Source: Blastocatellia bacterium
GTDB lineage: Bacteria > Acidobacteriota > Blastocatellia > RBC074
DNA length: 42,653 nucleotides
Reading direction: 5' to 3'
Assembly: GCA_031371805.1 (NCBI GenBank)
Contig: JANMKB010000441.1
Span: forward strand, 1-42,653
In this document: in pieces, positions 8,137 through 18,129 of the stretch
Numbering within the stretch: position 1 is the first letter of the stretch
Layout: every line of letters starts with the position of its first letter
Program-made: the position numbers and the translations under genes
The notes under the pieces: generated by a model
Seen by the model: only the letters and a program-made list of their open reading frames with translations
The model's database searches: none
What the model was told of the DNA's origin: nothing

Positions 8137-10113
8137 TTAATTACTATTTTTTGCCAGTACCACGGGCGACATCTCCAGGCCGCGAACTCGGCCAAAAAAT
8201 TCTCGCACTAAAATATATTGCTCCGCCGGAATCGTGATGGTTTTGATTTCCAGATTGCGCGTGAAAATCAGGTAGCCGTCTTTGACTTCGTAACTTGTCT
8301 GGAACTTGCCAAAGGGTAACTCAAATTTAGCGGCTTCGGGCATTTCATCTACTTCAAAACCAAGGGGCAACTTGATGCGAATGGTTTCGGAAAAGGCCTG
8401 AGATTCAAGCACGACAGGGTGTTTGCGTTTTGGCTCGGTCAAATCAAGGCGGATTCGCTGGGAGACGAAGGCGGGTTTGAAAACCAGTAATTTGCCACGC
8501 ATGGATTGCGCAAAGTCATTCGCCGAAAATTCGACATCCAGATTGAACCTGCCTTCGACCGGACTATCTGTCGGTTCGATTTTGGCAAACTTTGCCCCGG
8601 TGACGCCACGCGTGATCCAGGTCTCAATCATTTTAGAATATTCAGGACGAGCCAGCGCACGAAACATGCGGCGTTCGTTGACGGCGGATTGTCCGATGGA
8701 ACGCTCGTTGAATTTGGCGGTCATTGCACCTTCCGGCGTGAGCGTAATTTCAGTCTGGCGGACAAGTTTATTTATCTCTGGCGTGGTCACCGGCATGCGT
8801 ATTAAACTGCCCTCGCTGCCGGCGGCAATCAAGGCCCAACTTCCTTGTTCGTGATCCGGCAAATCTCCCACCGGAGTGTCGTCATCCGTTGCATCAAAAA
8901 TCATCAAACGTCCTAATTTCGGGTGTGTGATGATGGTCGGAGCTTTGGTTTCATCGCTGACTTTGATCGCAATAATGCAATGATTAAATTGTCCGGGTGA
9001 CGGTAATTCTTCGCGGACAAAATTAGGATCACCGGAATAAATGCTGACCGGATAAGCGGTGATGTTCAGCGCCTTGAGCATCGCGCGCATCAGATTGGCT
9101 TTGTCTTTGCAATCGCCATAAGATTTTTTAAAAACATCCAGCGAGGAATGCGGACGATAACCGCCGCCGCGTCCCGTGCCAATTTGAATCGAAACATATT
9201 TGATATTTTGTGCGTAACGACCTATCGCCTGAATTTTCTCGAACTCAGTTTTCGCATTGGCCGTAAGCTCACGCGCTTTGCCTGCGAGTGCATCATCAAG
9301 TTGAACCTGCGGGTCGGACAACTCGCTCATAAATTGCGAAACATCTGTCCAGGTCTCAAAGGTGCGCAGCATTCCTGCGCTTTTGCCAGCCGCGGGAAAT
9401 ACCCTGATGGTAATGCGCGGCACCAGATTGGAAATACTTGGGCTGGCTGATTCGTGTTTGATTGCTTCCAGATTCCTGGCTTCCCAGGTATAAGTCGAAC
9501 CGTTAATGGCTGGCTCGACTTTGGGATAGTTGAAAACTATGCCATCCGCACGCCAACCGTTGGGAACGGTGACGCTAATGGTTGAAGCCAGGACTGGATA
9601 TGCGCTGCCAAATCCCCAATGAAACTGCGAGAAGATTTTTTTCGACTCGACTACAGTCTCATATCCAAAAACTGCGCCAGGTTCAGCATCATCCTTGCCG
9701 GAAATTGCCCTGAATCGTGCTTCGTCATAGACATCGCTATCGTCCAGGACGCTATCCATCGTCTGCTCTTTGCCGTATTTGATGACTTGCCCGGAGGGGC
9801 GAATCATCCAGGCTTTCATCTCTTTAACTTTTTCTGATTCGGTGTTGTAAACCGTCCGCGCCAGTGCGCTTTTGGCTCCGTCGCGGGAAAGAATACGGAT
9901 AGCGTGAGTGGTGGTTGTTAACACTCGCCCGCTTTCTTCCACGGTGATTTTTTGATCGTCGTTAACGGTGACGACTTTGACTTCTTTATCGTAGGTTGGA
10001 ACGCTGAGCGCCGCTGCCTGGCGTAACCAGGCCGGGGCGTCATCGCCAGCCAGCCCTGGAATTGCGAAAACCAAAAGAAAGAGCGCGTGGAAGGTGAAAG
10101 CTTTGTTACGCAT
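8137..10113 (-). CDS. exported DUF3857 / transglutaminase-like cysteine protease-fold protein (catalytic triad intact)
   Basis: Signal peptide (FLLVFAIPGLAGDD). Transglutaminase core: YGDCKDKANLMRAMLKALNI (Cys), FNHCIIAI (His), MIFDATDD (Asp). Confidence 0.75.
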   Translation of the reverse strand: MRNKAFTFHALFLLVFAIPGLAGDDAPAWLRQAAALSVPTYDKEVKVVTVNDDQKITVEESGRVLTTTTHAIRILSRDGAKSALARTVYNTESEKVKEMKAWMIRPSGQVIKYGKEQTMDSVLDDSDVYDEARFRAISGKDDAEPGAVFGYETVVESKKIFSQFHWGFGSAYPVLASTISVTVPNGWRADGIVFNYPKVEPAINGSTYTWEARNLEAIKHESASPSISNLVPRITIRVFPAAGKSAGMLRTFETWTDVSQFMSELSDPQVQLDDALAGKARELTANAKTEFEKIQAIGRYAQNIKYVSIQIGTGRGGGYRPHSSLDVFKKSYGDCKDKANLMRAMLKALNITAYPVSIYSGDPNFVREELPSPGQFNHCIIAIKVSDETKAPTIITHPKLGRLMIFDATDDDTPVGDLPDHEQGSWALIAAGSEGSLIRMPVTTPEINKLVRQTEITLTPEGAMTAKFNERSIGQSAVNERRMFRALARPEYSKMIETWITRGVTGAKFAKIEPTDSPVEGRFNLDVEFSANDFAQSMRGKLLVFKPAFVSQRIRLDLTEPKRKHPVVLESQAFSETIRIKLPLGFEVDEMPEAAKFELPFGKFQTSYEVKDGYLIFTRNLEIKTITIPAEQYILVREFFGRVRGLEMSPVVLAKNSN

Positions 10114-10159
10114 AGTAGTAATGAGAAATATTCAGATGAGAGGAGTCTCACCTGAAAAA

Positions 10160-12151
10160 TTATTTTGCACTATTGGCTGCACTTGCGGCATTAAATTTCA
10201 GGGTTACCTGATGGTTGTCCTGCGTGTGCATAGTATCAAAAATTTGTTTCAGCGACGCGTAACTTTCCAGTGGAAATACCATGCCATTGACTTGCAGGTT
10301 GCGTTTATAAATGAGCGCTTTCTTGTCGGTCGAGATGGCCAGCGAAACTTTATATTTGACGACATCATTGGCATTGAATGAGGCTGGCGACTCGGCATTA
10401 TCTAATTCAAAACCATCAGGTAGATCAATTTCTACGGCGCTGTTTTCCGCATAAGGATACTCAAAATAAACCGGATATTTCCGTTCGTTATTGGTAAAAA
10501 TGGCGGCTTCTCCAAACTGGAAAAAGGCTGGTTGCAGAAACAGTCGCTTGCCCGTGCGGGTCGCGTAATTGACAACTTTAATGTGAAAAGCGTAAATGAA
10601 AGGCTTAATGGGGTCAGTCACATTTTCGATTTTGATATTGGTAATTTCCGCCGCACCGAGATGTCTTTTGATCATGTTTTTTAATGTTTCTTCACGTTTT
10701 TGCTGGGAGTCCTGATCGTTCTCCTCTTTCATTATGGCAGCGAGGTGTCCGGTAAATTCGATGGTGGCATCGCCTTCTATGGAGCCGTCTTCGTTGAGTT
10801 TGAATTTGCCGGCAGTTTTTTCGACCGATCTTTCCGCCGTTGACAGTGGCAATTGAATAAATTCTGGTTCTTTCGAATCAGTAATCAAGCCTTTGATTCC
10901 TTCATGTTCCCAGGGAACCATGCCATACGGAACATACGTGGCCGAAGGAGCAAAGAATTTCCAATCGTTATTCGCTCTGACCGCAATTAAACGGTCATCA
11001 AGAAAATAATCGTCGGCAAAATTCGGATTGAAGAAGACATCGCTCCGGTCAGAAGTTAACACGACGCGTGCCTCAAATCCGGCTGCCGTTGCCAGCGCGG
11101 CGAACAGCAAATCTATATCTTTTTTGATCCCGTAACCGTGTTTGAGCGTGTCCGCCGGGGATTTATTTTCCTTCATATTTTTGCGATCTTCATCCGTGAA
11201 GGTCGAAGCGTCATCATAAATATATTTAATTTTGCTGCGACAATAATTTAACAGGCGTTCCAGTTTTTGATTGGGGTCAGTGGCTTCGGCAATTGTTTCA
11301 GTCGCGGATTTGCGGATGTCATCATTGACCTTCATCGCCGCCTTGTATTCGTTGAATTCTTTCCTGCCTAATTCTTTCCAGTATTTTTCCGGTTCACGTT
11401 TTGTATCTTCTGAGTAAAACAACAGCATCCAGGCACGCACCTCATTGGCCGGAATCATGCGCGGCTCTTCTTTGAAGGCGGGGACATTACTGAGCGAAGT
11501 CATCTGAAATTCTTTCTCTTTGACCAGCGCGGTTGGGTTGCAATGAAATTGCATCGCGCGCATTTGATAAGTGTTGCTGGGCAATGGCTTGATGTAATAC
11601 TTGACGATCTGGACGGGAACGTCCTGTTGAAATTCAAGGCGGGTGTGATAAGAGGTCGGACGTAATTCGCGGTAACGATATTCGATGATGGCCCCCGGCT
11701 CCACGCCCGGCATCGCAAATGATTTGGCGTTCACTTTTAATTTGCCAAGTTTGACGATAGTGCGCTCGAAGATCGCATCTTTTTTCAGCTCCAGAATGCT
11801 GCCGTCCGGTTTAATCGTGCGTCCCTGAATGTCGGCAATCCGCGTCTTGCCCCAATAAGGCAAATCAATTGTACTTTTCTTTTCTTTGCCCCGCTCGGTA
11901 AAGATTTTGATGCGCAGATAATGCGTGAAAACAGTTTGCGCTTCGCCGTAACCCTGGAACTCGTCGGCAACTTTGACTTCCCAGAAAATTGCTTCGGCGT
12001 CGGCATCCTTTTCGACCATTGGCGTTTTCATTGCCAGATGCGACGGATCAATTGGTTTCCAATCGTCTCCGGCAAATGCAAGAGGGGAAATGAAAAGGGT
12101 AATAAAAATTAGTGACAACAGCGGCTGAAAAATACGGTGAGAAATGGTCAT
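10160..12151 (-). CDS. exported DUF3857 / transglutaminase-like paralogue with all three catalytic positions substituted
   Basis: Same architecture as the neighbouring gene. The aligned positions read GYGIKKD (Cys->Lys), LDDRLIAV (His->Asp) and KFFAPSA (Asp->Ala). The start is placed at ATG 12151, which has GGAGGA 5 nt upstream and is followed by a signal peptide. The longer ORF to 12340 runs through a repeat element. Confidence 0.7.
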   Translation of the reverse strand: MTISHRIFQPLLSLIFITLFISPLAFAGDDWKPIDPSHLAMKTPMVEKDADAEAIFWEVKVADEFQGYGEAQTVFTHYLRIKIFTERGKEKKSTIDLPYWGKTRIADIQGRTIKPDGSILELKKDAIFERTIVKLGKLKVNAKSFAMPGVEPGAIIEYRYRELRPTSYHTRLEFQQDVPVQIVKYYIKPLPSNTYQMRAMQFHCNPTALVKEKEFQMTSLSNVPAFKEEPRMIPANEVRAWMLLFYSEDTKREPEKYWKELGRKEFNEYKAAMKVNDDIRKSATETIAEATDPNQKLERLLNYCRSKIKYIYDDASTFTDEDRKNMKENKSPADTLKHGYGIKKDIDLLFAALATAAGFEARVVLTSDRSDVFFNPNFADDYFLDDRLIAVRANNDWKFFAPSATYVPYGMVPWEHEGIKGLITDSKEPEFIQLPLSTAERSVEKTAGKFKLNEDGSIEGDATIEFTGHLAAIMKEENDQDSQQKREETLKNMIKRHLGAAEITNIKIENVTDPIKPFIYAFHIKVVNYATRTGKRLFLQPAFFQFGEAAIFTNNERKYPVYFEYPYAENSAVEIDLPDGFELDNAESPASFNANDVVKYKVSLAISTDKKALIYKRNLQVNGMVFPLESYASLKQIFDTMHTQDNHQVTLKFNAASAANSAK

Positions 12152-12281
12152 TATCGTCCTCCGAAGGCTAAATCGGTTAGCAGGGCAAATAAAGTTTGGC
12201 ATAACTAAACGGCAGAGAGATGAGTCGGGGATCGGACGACAGGATATTAGAACGAGTAAGGAAGTTGGGCAATAAAAAAAT

Positions 12282-12436
12282 GGTGGTCGGTGATTAGTGG
12301 TCGGTAAACTGTTCAGTCTCCCCCTGCCGCGTAGCGGCATTTGACTGTAGCCGTGGGTTGAAACCCACGTCTAAAGTCAGCCGCCACTACGCGGCGAAGA
12401 GGCCTGACGTTCCCCTGACTACTAACCACCAATCAC
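12282..12436. repeat. ~155-nt imperfect palindromic intergenic element with heptamer-repeat arms and a central hairpin
   Basis: The left arm GGTGGTCGGTGATTAGTGGTCGG (12282-12304) and right arm CTGACTACTAACCACCAATCAC (12415-12436) are inverted heptamer tracts. The inner arms are GCCGCGTAGCGGC...TGACTGTAGCCGTGGGTT / AACCCACGTCTAAAGTCA...GCCACTACGCGGC. The centre is the perfect 8-bp stem CGTGGGTT-GA-AACCCACG. Confidence 0.7.
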
Positions 12437-12439
12437 TTT

Positions 12440-13804
12440 TTACTCATCATCCCGATAAATCTTTAATTTATTATGCAGGGTTTTGAGGCTGATTTTTAGC
12501 ACATCCGCCGCACGGGTTTTGTTATTGCTGGTTTTGAGCAATGTTTTCAGGATCAATTGGCGTTCGGCTTCATCCAGCGGAATCGGGATTGGCAGGGTGA
12601 TTGAATCTTCGTCGTGCAGCGAGCGTCCATCAAAAAGCTGAGGTGGCAAATGCTGTTTTTCGATTTTAACACTATCGCAAACGACGACGGCGTGTTCGAT
12701 AACATTCCGCAATTCGCGGACATTGCCAGGCCAGGGATAGCGCGAAAAAATTTCCAGCACTTCGGGCGAAACCAGACGTGCGGTTCGTCCGTGCCGTTCG
12801 CGCAAGGTATCAACCATATGCTGCACCAGCAAAGGAATATCGTCGCGACGGTCACGCAACGGTGGCAATTCCATGTGGATGACATTTAAGCGATAGAGTA
12901 AATCTTCGCGGAGCATCATATCGCGGACGGCTTTGTGCGGGTCTTTATTGGTGGCCGCCAAAACTCTGGTGTCAATGGACACTTCTTTCGCGCCTCCCAG
13001 GCGGCGCAATTTTCGATCTTCCAACACGCGCAGTAATTTCGTTTGTAAAGTGATCGGCATCTCAGCGATTTCATCCAAAAACAAAGTGCCATTATTGGCG
13101 AGTTCAAAACAACCTTCGCGCCGCGCAATCGCTCCGGTGAATGCGCCTTTCTCGTGTCCGAACAATTCTGATTCCATTAAGGTTTCAGGAATTGCCGAAC
13201 AATTGATGGGGATGTAAGCATTGGCGGCGCGTGAACTAAGCTGGTGAATAGTTTGCGCGACGATGTCCTTACCCGTTCCTGATTCACCGGTGATTAAAAC
13301 GGACACCGAAGAATTCGCCACTTGTTCGATAGTCGTGTAAAGCTGGCGCATGGCGAGCGACGCGCCAACTAATTTACCGAAAACCCCGTGCTCACTAAGC
13401 TGACGACGAAGCTGAGTATTTTCTCTTTGGACGGAGGAGCGTTCAATGGCACGTTGCAGGACGATATGAAGCTGGCGTGTGTTGATGGGTTTTTCAAAAT
13501 AATAAAATGCACCTTCTTCCATCACCGCCCGCATCGCGTCTTCGATACTGGCCTGACCTGTCAGGAGGATTACCGCCGTATCAGGATATAATTCGCGCAA
13601 TTTCGTGAGCAGTCCAAAGCCGTTCAGCCGGGGCATGAAAATATCGCTGATGACCGCGGCCGGTAAGAATTCCGCCGCAATTGTCAGAGCTTCTTCGCCA
13701 TCGGCGGCGACCTGTGTTTCATAACCCCAATCGGAAGCCAATTCACTTAACCCAGCGCGTGCGGCGGGTTCATCATCCACAATTAAAACTCGTGCTTTGC
13801 TCAT
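12440..13804 (-). CDS. sigma54-dependent response regulator (NtrC family: REC - AAA+ - HTH)
   Basis: [13 protein letters not shown] receiver start, Walker A GESGTGK, the GAFTGA loop (EKGAFTGA), and a C-terminal Fis-type HTH ([21 protein letters not shown]). The start is placed at ATG 13804. Confidence 0.9.
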   Translation of the reverse strand: MSKARVLIVDDEPAARAGLSELASDWGYETQVAADGEEALTIAAEFLPAAVISDIFMPRLNGFGLLTKLRELYPDTAVILLTGQASIEDAMRAVMEEGAFYYFEKPINTRQLHIVLQRAIERSSVQRENTQLRRQLSEHGVFGKLVGASLAMRQLYTTIEQVANSSVSVLITGESGTGKDIVAQTIHQLSSRAANAYIPINCSAIPETLMESELFGHEKGAFTGAIARREGCFELANNGTLFLDEIAEMPITLQTKLLRVLEDRKLRRLGGAKEVSIDTRVLAATNKDPHKAVRDMMLREDLLYRLNVIHMELPPLRDRRDDIPLLVQHMVDTLRERHGRTARLVSPEVLEIFSRYPWPGNVRELRNVIEHAVVVCDSVKIEKQHLPPQLFDGRSLHDEDSITLPIPIPLDEAERQLILKTLLKTSNNKTRAADVLKISLKTLHNKLKIYRDDE

Positions 13805-14067
13805 AATAAGCAAGTGTAACATGGTGAAAACGGCAGGGGAAAAGAACGGGGAGGAGAAGTTTATTCCGGCTGGAAAAATCATCACCTGGGCTGCCTGCAC
13901 GCAGCTTTTGATTTTGTGTGTACCGTCGGCAGCTACTTAATATTTTGCTTGCTCTGGTGTGTGGATAAAGCTATCGTGGCGCACAGATTTACTGCTGGTA
14001 AGTGGCCTTGCTACAAAAAATCTTCGCAACAACCCACCCTGATAAATAAGGAAAATACCGCTCACTA

Positions 14068-14992
14068 ATGATTGGCATTGATTATCTCAGCAGGCTTTAC
14101 CAACGACATGGTTTTGCTCTCGGTATTACATTGATCGGGGCAGCGATTTTTTTTATCGGCTGGTAGGTGCTGCTTGATCTTCGCCGGGCAAATGGAGCTA
14201 CGCGACAGAAGTATGCGGATTCGGTGCACGATCTGGATTTATTGGGTGAATTGCAATACCTGACGCAGGAAGTGCACCGTCTGATGCTTATTCCCTCACC
14301 ACCAATGATCCCAATCGGCAGGTTAAATATTCTGACGAAGCCCGTGCCGCTGATGTCCAGGTGGCACAGCTGATCGAAGATTACCGGAAAGCTGATACTG
14401 CCAAAGCAGAAGAACAAGCAGTGCGTCAGCTCGCGCAGGACTGGCAGCAATATCTCATTACCCGCGATGAGATGATGTCCCTTATTCTGGCTGGGGATAT
14501 TCGAGCGGCAGTTGAACGTGACTTGCGCGAAGGCGCTTCATTCTTTGAGCGGGCGCGTGACGACCTGAAAAAATCAAGGCACAGTACAAATCAGAAGCGC
14601 AGTTGCAAATTACCGCAGATGCCAACTCGGCGCGCTATTCTTTTATCAGGATGATAGTGGTTCTCTGTCTGACCCTGATTCTGGCAGGGGTGATAATCCT
14701 CACGCTTCAGCGGCGGATGCTGGCGGCAGTGCGGAGAAAAGCCGAACAGTTACGCGAAGCCATTAATTTTACAGAAGCCGTAATTTCCCACGCCGGCGAG
14801 GGCATCGTTGTTTATGATCGTGAGATGAAATTTAAGATGCTGAATAAATTGATGGCGGAAAGCCTGGCAGTCTGTCGCAAAATAGCGGAGCGGCACGGCG
14901 GGACGATCACAGCGAAAAGCCAGCCGCAACAAGGCACCACTTTTATCGTTGCCCTGCCAGCTCATCAATCAAAGTCTGACCGACTTAATTAA
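14068..14992 (+). pseudogene. sensor histidine kinase remnant (4-helix-bundle sensor - TM - PAS start - HATPase tail)
   Basis: ATG 14068 opens a TM segment, followed by an in-frame TAG at 14164-14166. There is a frameshift near 14290-14360 and a second one in the A6 run at 14567-14572. The PAS start (AVISHAGEGIVVYDREMKF) is fused directly to the extreme C-terminus of an HATPase domain (AVCRKIAERHGGTITAKSQPQQGTTFIVALP). No H-box is present. Confidence 0.7.
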
Positions 14993-15528
14993 ATTTATCT
15001 GAGGTAAAGTGTTGCAAGAAATTGATAAATATCTTTTTTACTTGATCTTCAATGGCAGTCTGGCTATTCTCTCTCAGCCTCGTAGATTGCCTTGAAAACT
15101 CACGCTAGCCCACAATTCCCGATTGAGACTAAGTGTCCCCCATTGAAAAATACTTAGGAGTATCTGTGCACAAATCTATTAATTCTCACCACATCTCAAA
15201 CTGTAATCCCCTGATCCTGCCTGCGGCGGCGGAAACGGAATGGCGCTTTAGTCATACTTTTTCTGCGCGCCCTGAAGTTTCAATGCGACTGACGATTGGG
15301 ATTGGCCTGATCGCATTTTTGCTTGTGGCAGTTCGGGCCTGGTAAGGACAAAAAATTCAGACCCGAAATATTGAAGAATCGGCCCACACTCAGGTCTCAT
15401 GTTGTTTCCCTTAACCTGGAATAAGTGGGACCGGAAATATGCAGCTATTGCACTTGATCAGGCCACGGAAAATACCCTGGCTTTTGCCGCACACAAATTA
15501 AATTAAGCGGAAAAATTGAAGGCTATTT

Positions 15529-15987
15529 ATGTCCAGCGCTAGAAATTCAATCAAGATCATGGTCGCAGATGATGACCCGGATGACCGCATGTTTATGCGC
15601 GATGCGCTGGAAGAAAGCCGGCTGGCAAATGATTTGGAGTTTGTCACGGATGGCGAAGAGTTGATGGATTATTTATATCGGCGCGGAAACTATTCTAACC
15701 TGACCAGTGATTCTCGGCCCGGATTGATTTTGCTTGACCTGAATATGCCCCGCAAAGATGGGCGTGAAGCACTGAAAGAAATTAAGGCTGACCCGGATTT
15801 ACGGCAAATTCCCGTTGTCGTTTTAACCACCTCAAAAGCGGAGGAAGACATTTTTCGCACTTATGATCTGGGGGTTAGCTCCTTCATCACCAAACTCGTG
15901 AGCTTTGAAGGGTTGGTTGAGGTGATGCAGGCTTTAGGTAAGTACTGGTTTGAAGTGGTGGAGTTACCGGCACGAAGGAGCTACTAA
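15529..15987 (+). CDS. single-domain response regulator (receiver only)
   Basis: IMVADDDPDD...LILLDLNMPRKDG...PVVVLTTS...K is a receiver domain of the Rcp1-like type. Confidence 0.85.
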   Translation: MSSARNSIKIMVADDDPDDRMFMRDALEESRLANDLEFVTDGEELMDYLYRRGNYSNLTSDSRPGLILLDLNMPRKDGREALKEIKADPDLRQIPVVVLTTSKAEEDIFRTYDLGVSSFITKLVSFEGLVEVMQALGKYWFEVVELPARRSY

Positions 15988-15990
15988 TTT

Positions 15991-18129
15991 ATGCATGACA
16001 GTCCGGTGAAGGTGTTACTGGTGGACGACGACGAAGATGATTTTGTTGTCACTCGTGAGCTATTGATGGACAGTGACCGGGGCGCCTTCAACTTAACTTG
16101 GAAATCTAATTACGAAGATGCTCTGGCTGCCATGCAGGAACAGCGGTTTGACGTTTGTCTGATTGATTATCGGTTGGGCAAACAAACAGGCTTGGAATTA
16201 TTAAGCGTCGCCAGACTGCAGGGCGTTACCGCACCGATTATTTTGCTGACTGGTCAGGACGACCGCGAAGTTGATTTTGAAGCGATGAAGGCCGGAGCTG
16301 CAGATTATCTGGTGAAATCACAATTAACCAGTTCGCTGTTGGAACGTTCCATTCGTTATGCCATCAAAGATGGTCAAACGCTCGCCGCTTTGCGAGCAAG
16401 CGAAGAACGCTACGCTTTAGCGGCGCTCGGCGCTAACGATGGGTTATGGGATTGGGATTTGAGAGGCGATGAAACTTATTTTTCCTCACGCTGGAAATCC
16501 ATGCTGGGATATGCCGAAGAAGAAATCGGCAATAGGTGTGAAGACTGGTTCAGCCGGGTACATCCTGAAGATTGCGAGAGCCTGAAAAGAGAGCTGACGG
16601 CTCATTTGGAAGGGCATACACCACACTTTCAGCACGAACACCGGATGTTGCATCAGGATGGAAATTATAGCTGGATACTGAGTCGCGGGATTGCCGTCCG
16701 GGATTTATCCGGTAAAGCTTATCGCATAGTTGGTTCTCAAACTGACATTACGGATCGCCGGCAGGCAGAAGAGAAGCTCGTCTACGACGCGTTTCACGAT
16801 GGTTTGACAGGCCTGCCCAATCGTCAAGCGTTTATGGAACGCTTGCGGCGTTCCCTTGATCGAGTACGGTTAGGAAGTGATTATATTTTTGCCGTCCTCT
16901 TTCTTGATCTGGATCGGTTTAAGATTATCAATGATAGTTTGGGGCATCAGTTGGGAGATAAATTACTCGTTGAAATTGCGCGCCGTTTAGAATTATCACT
17001 GCGACCCAGCGATATGGTGGCGCGGTTAGGGGGCGATGAGTTTGTCATTCTGCTTGATCATTTAGACGAGGCAAGCGATGCCGCATATATTGCTGAACGA
17101 ATCCTGAAACTCCTGGCTGCCTCTTTTACGCTGGATGAGCGTGAGGTTTTTACTACCGCCAGTATTGGTATTACCTTGAGTTCGGCGTTCAGTAATTCAG
17201 CTGAAGACTTGTTGCGCGATGCAGACACGGCGATGTACCGTGCGAAGGGAAAAGGCAAAGCCCGCTTTGAAATTTTTGATCCGCTGATGCGTGAACACGC
17301 GATTCAACTCATGCAAATGGAAACGGATATGCGCCACGCCCTGAGCAATCAGGAATTCATTTTGCATTATCAACCGATCATTTCTTTTCAAAGTGGCAGG
17401 TTGACCGGATTTGAATCTTTGATTCGCTGGAATCATCCTGAAAATGGAGTCATTTATCCAGGCGAATTTATTCCCCTCGCCGAAGACAATGGACTGATCA
17501 ATCCTATCGGTCGCTGGGTTTTGTACGAATCCTGCCGTCAGTTGCAGGTTTGGCAAACACAATATCCGCAATATCCGCCCCTGACGATCAATGTCAATAT
17601 TTCCGCCCGCCAATTTTCACAACTAAATCTGATCGAAGAGATTGCTGCGACCTTGCAGGACACCGGATTATCGGCTTCGTCCCTGAAGCTGGAAATCACC
17701 GAAAGCGTGATTATGGAAAACGCTGAACTGGCGGCGAAAATGTTGAATGAACTCAAAGCGCTGGGCAGCCATTTAGCGATTGATGATTTCGGCACGGGTT
17801 ATTCATCCTTCAGCCACCTGCATAAATTTCCGATTGATACACTGAAAATTGATCGTGCCTTTGTGAGCCGCATGGACACTTCCCCTGACAGCGCCGAAAT
17901 TGTACGGACGATTTTGATGCTGGCGCATAATCTGAAAATGGAAGTTGTTGCCGAAGGAGTCGAAACGTCAGCGCAGGTCAAACAGCTCAAGGAATTGGGC
18001 TGTGATTTCGGCCAGGGCTATTTTATTAATCGCCCCATGGATGCTGAGTCCGCTACCAAACTGCTTGCTGAAGAAGCCAGGCTACCACAACGCTCTCTGC
18101 GTCCGGCGCTGGAACTGGCAGTTCACTAA
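15991..18129 (+). CDS. response regulator with REC-PAS-GGDEF-EAL architecture (c-di-GMP turnover)
   Basis: REC (VLLVDDDEDD...DVCLIDYRLG), PAS (ANDGLWDWDL...), GGDEF intact with the RxxD I-site (RPSDMVARLGGDEF), and EAL-domain blocks (FESLIRW, EITES, DDFGTGYSS, KIDRAFV, AEGVET, GQGYF). Confidence 0.9.
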   Translation: MHDSPVKVLLVDDDEDDFVVTRELLMDSDRGAFNLTWKSNYEDALAAMQEQRFDVCLIDYRLGKQTGLELLSVARLQGVTAPIILLTGQDDREVDFEAMKAGAADYLVKSQLTSSLLERSIRYAIKDGQTLAALRASEERYALAALGANDGLWDWDLRGDETYFSSRWKSMLGYAEEEIGNRCEDWFSRVHPEDCESLKRELTAHLEGHTPHFQHEHRMLHQDGNYSWILSRGIAVRDLSGKAYRIVGSQTDITDRRQAEEKLVYDAFHDGLTGLPNRQAFMERLRRSLDRVRLGSDYIFAVLFLDLDRFKIINDSLGHQLGDKLLVEIARRLELSLRPSDMVARLGGDEFVILLDHLDEASDAAYIAERILKLLAASFTLDEREVFTTASIGITLSSAFSNSAEDLLRDADTAMYRAKGKGKARFEIFDPLMREHAIQLMQMETDMRHALSNQEFILHYQPIISFQSGRLTGFESLIRWNHPENGVIYPGEFIPLAEDNGLINPIGRWVLYESCRQLQVWQTQYPQYPPLTINVNISARQFSQLNLIEEIAATLQDTGLSASSLKLEITESVIMENAELAAKMLNELKALGSHLAIDDFGTGYSSFSHLHKFPIDTLKIDRAFVSRMDTSPDSAEIVRTILMLAHNLKMEVVAEGVETSAQVKQLKELGCDFGQGYFINRPMDAESATKLLAEEARLPQRSLRPALELAVH

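Noticed and set aside
3602-14166. All three in-frame interruptions in the RT relic (3602, 4424) and the kinase relic (14164) are TAG. Could this mean amber reassignment or programmed readthrough?
   Set aside because: Many clearly intact genes in the window terminate with TAG at sensible positions (for example 21931, 24892, 26621, 27970, 31743). The affected genes also carry other lesions: motif-A loss, frameshifts and a deletion. Ordinary nonsense mutations are the parsimonious reading.
15133-15345. 70-aa ORF in the spacer upstream of the receiver gene.
   Set aside because: It has no RBS and no family match. Only its last 20 codons look like a truncated sensor TM helix. It is treated as debris rather than a gene.
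12152-15528. Sigma54 promoter (TGGCAC-N5-TTGCW) near the enhancer-binding protein gene or its neighbours.
   Set aside because: Scanning both strands by eye found only partial matches, with wrong GG-GC spacing (for example CTGGCTTTTGCCGC near 15490). Nothing is good enough to annotate.
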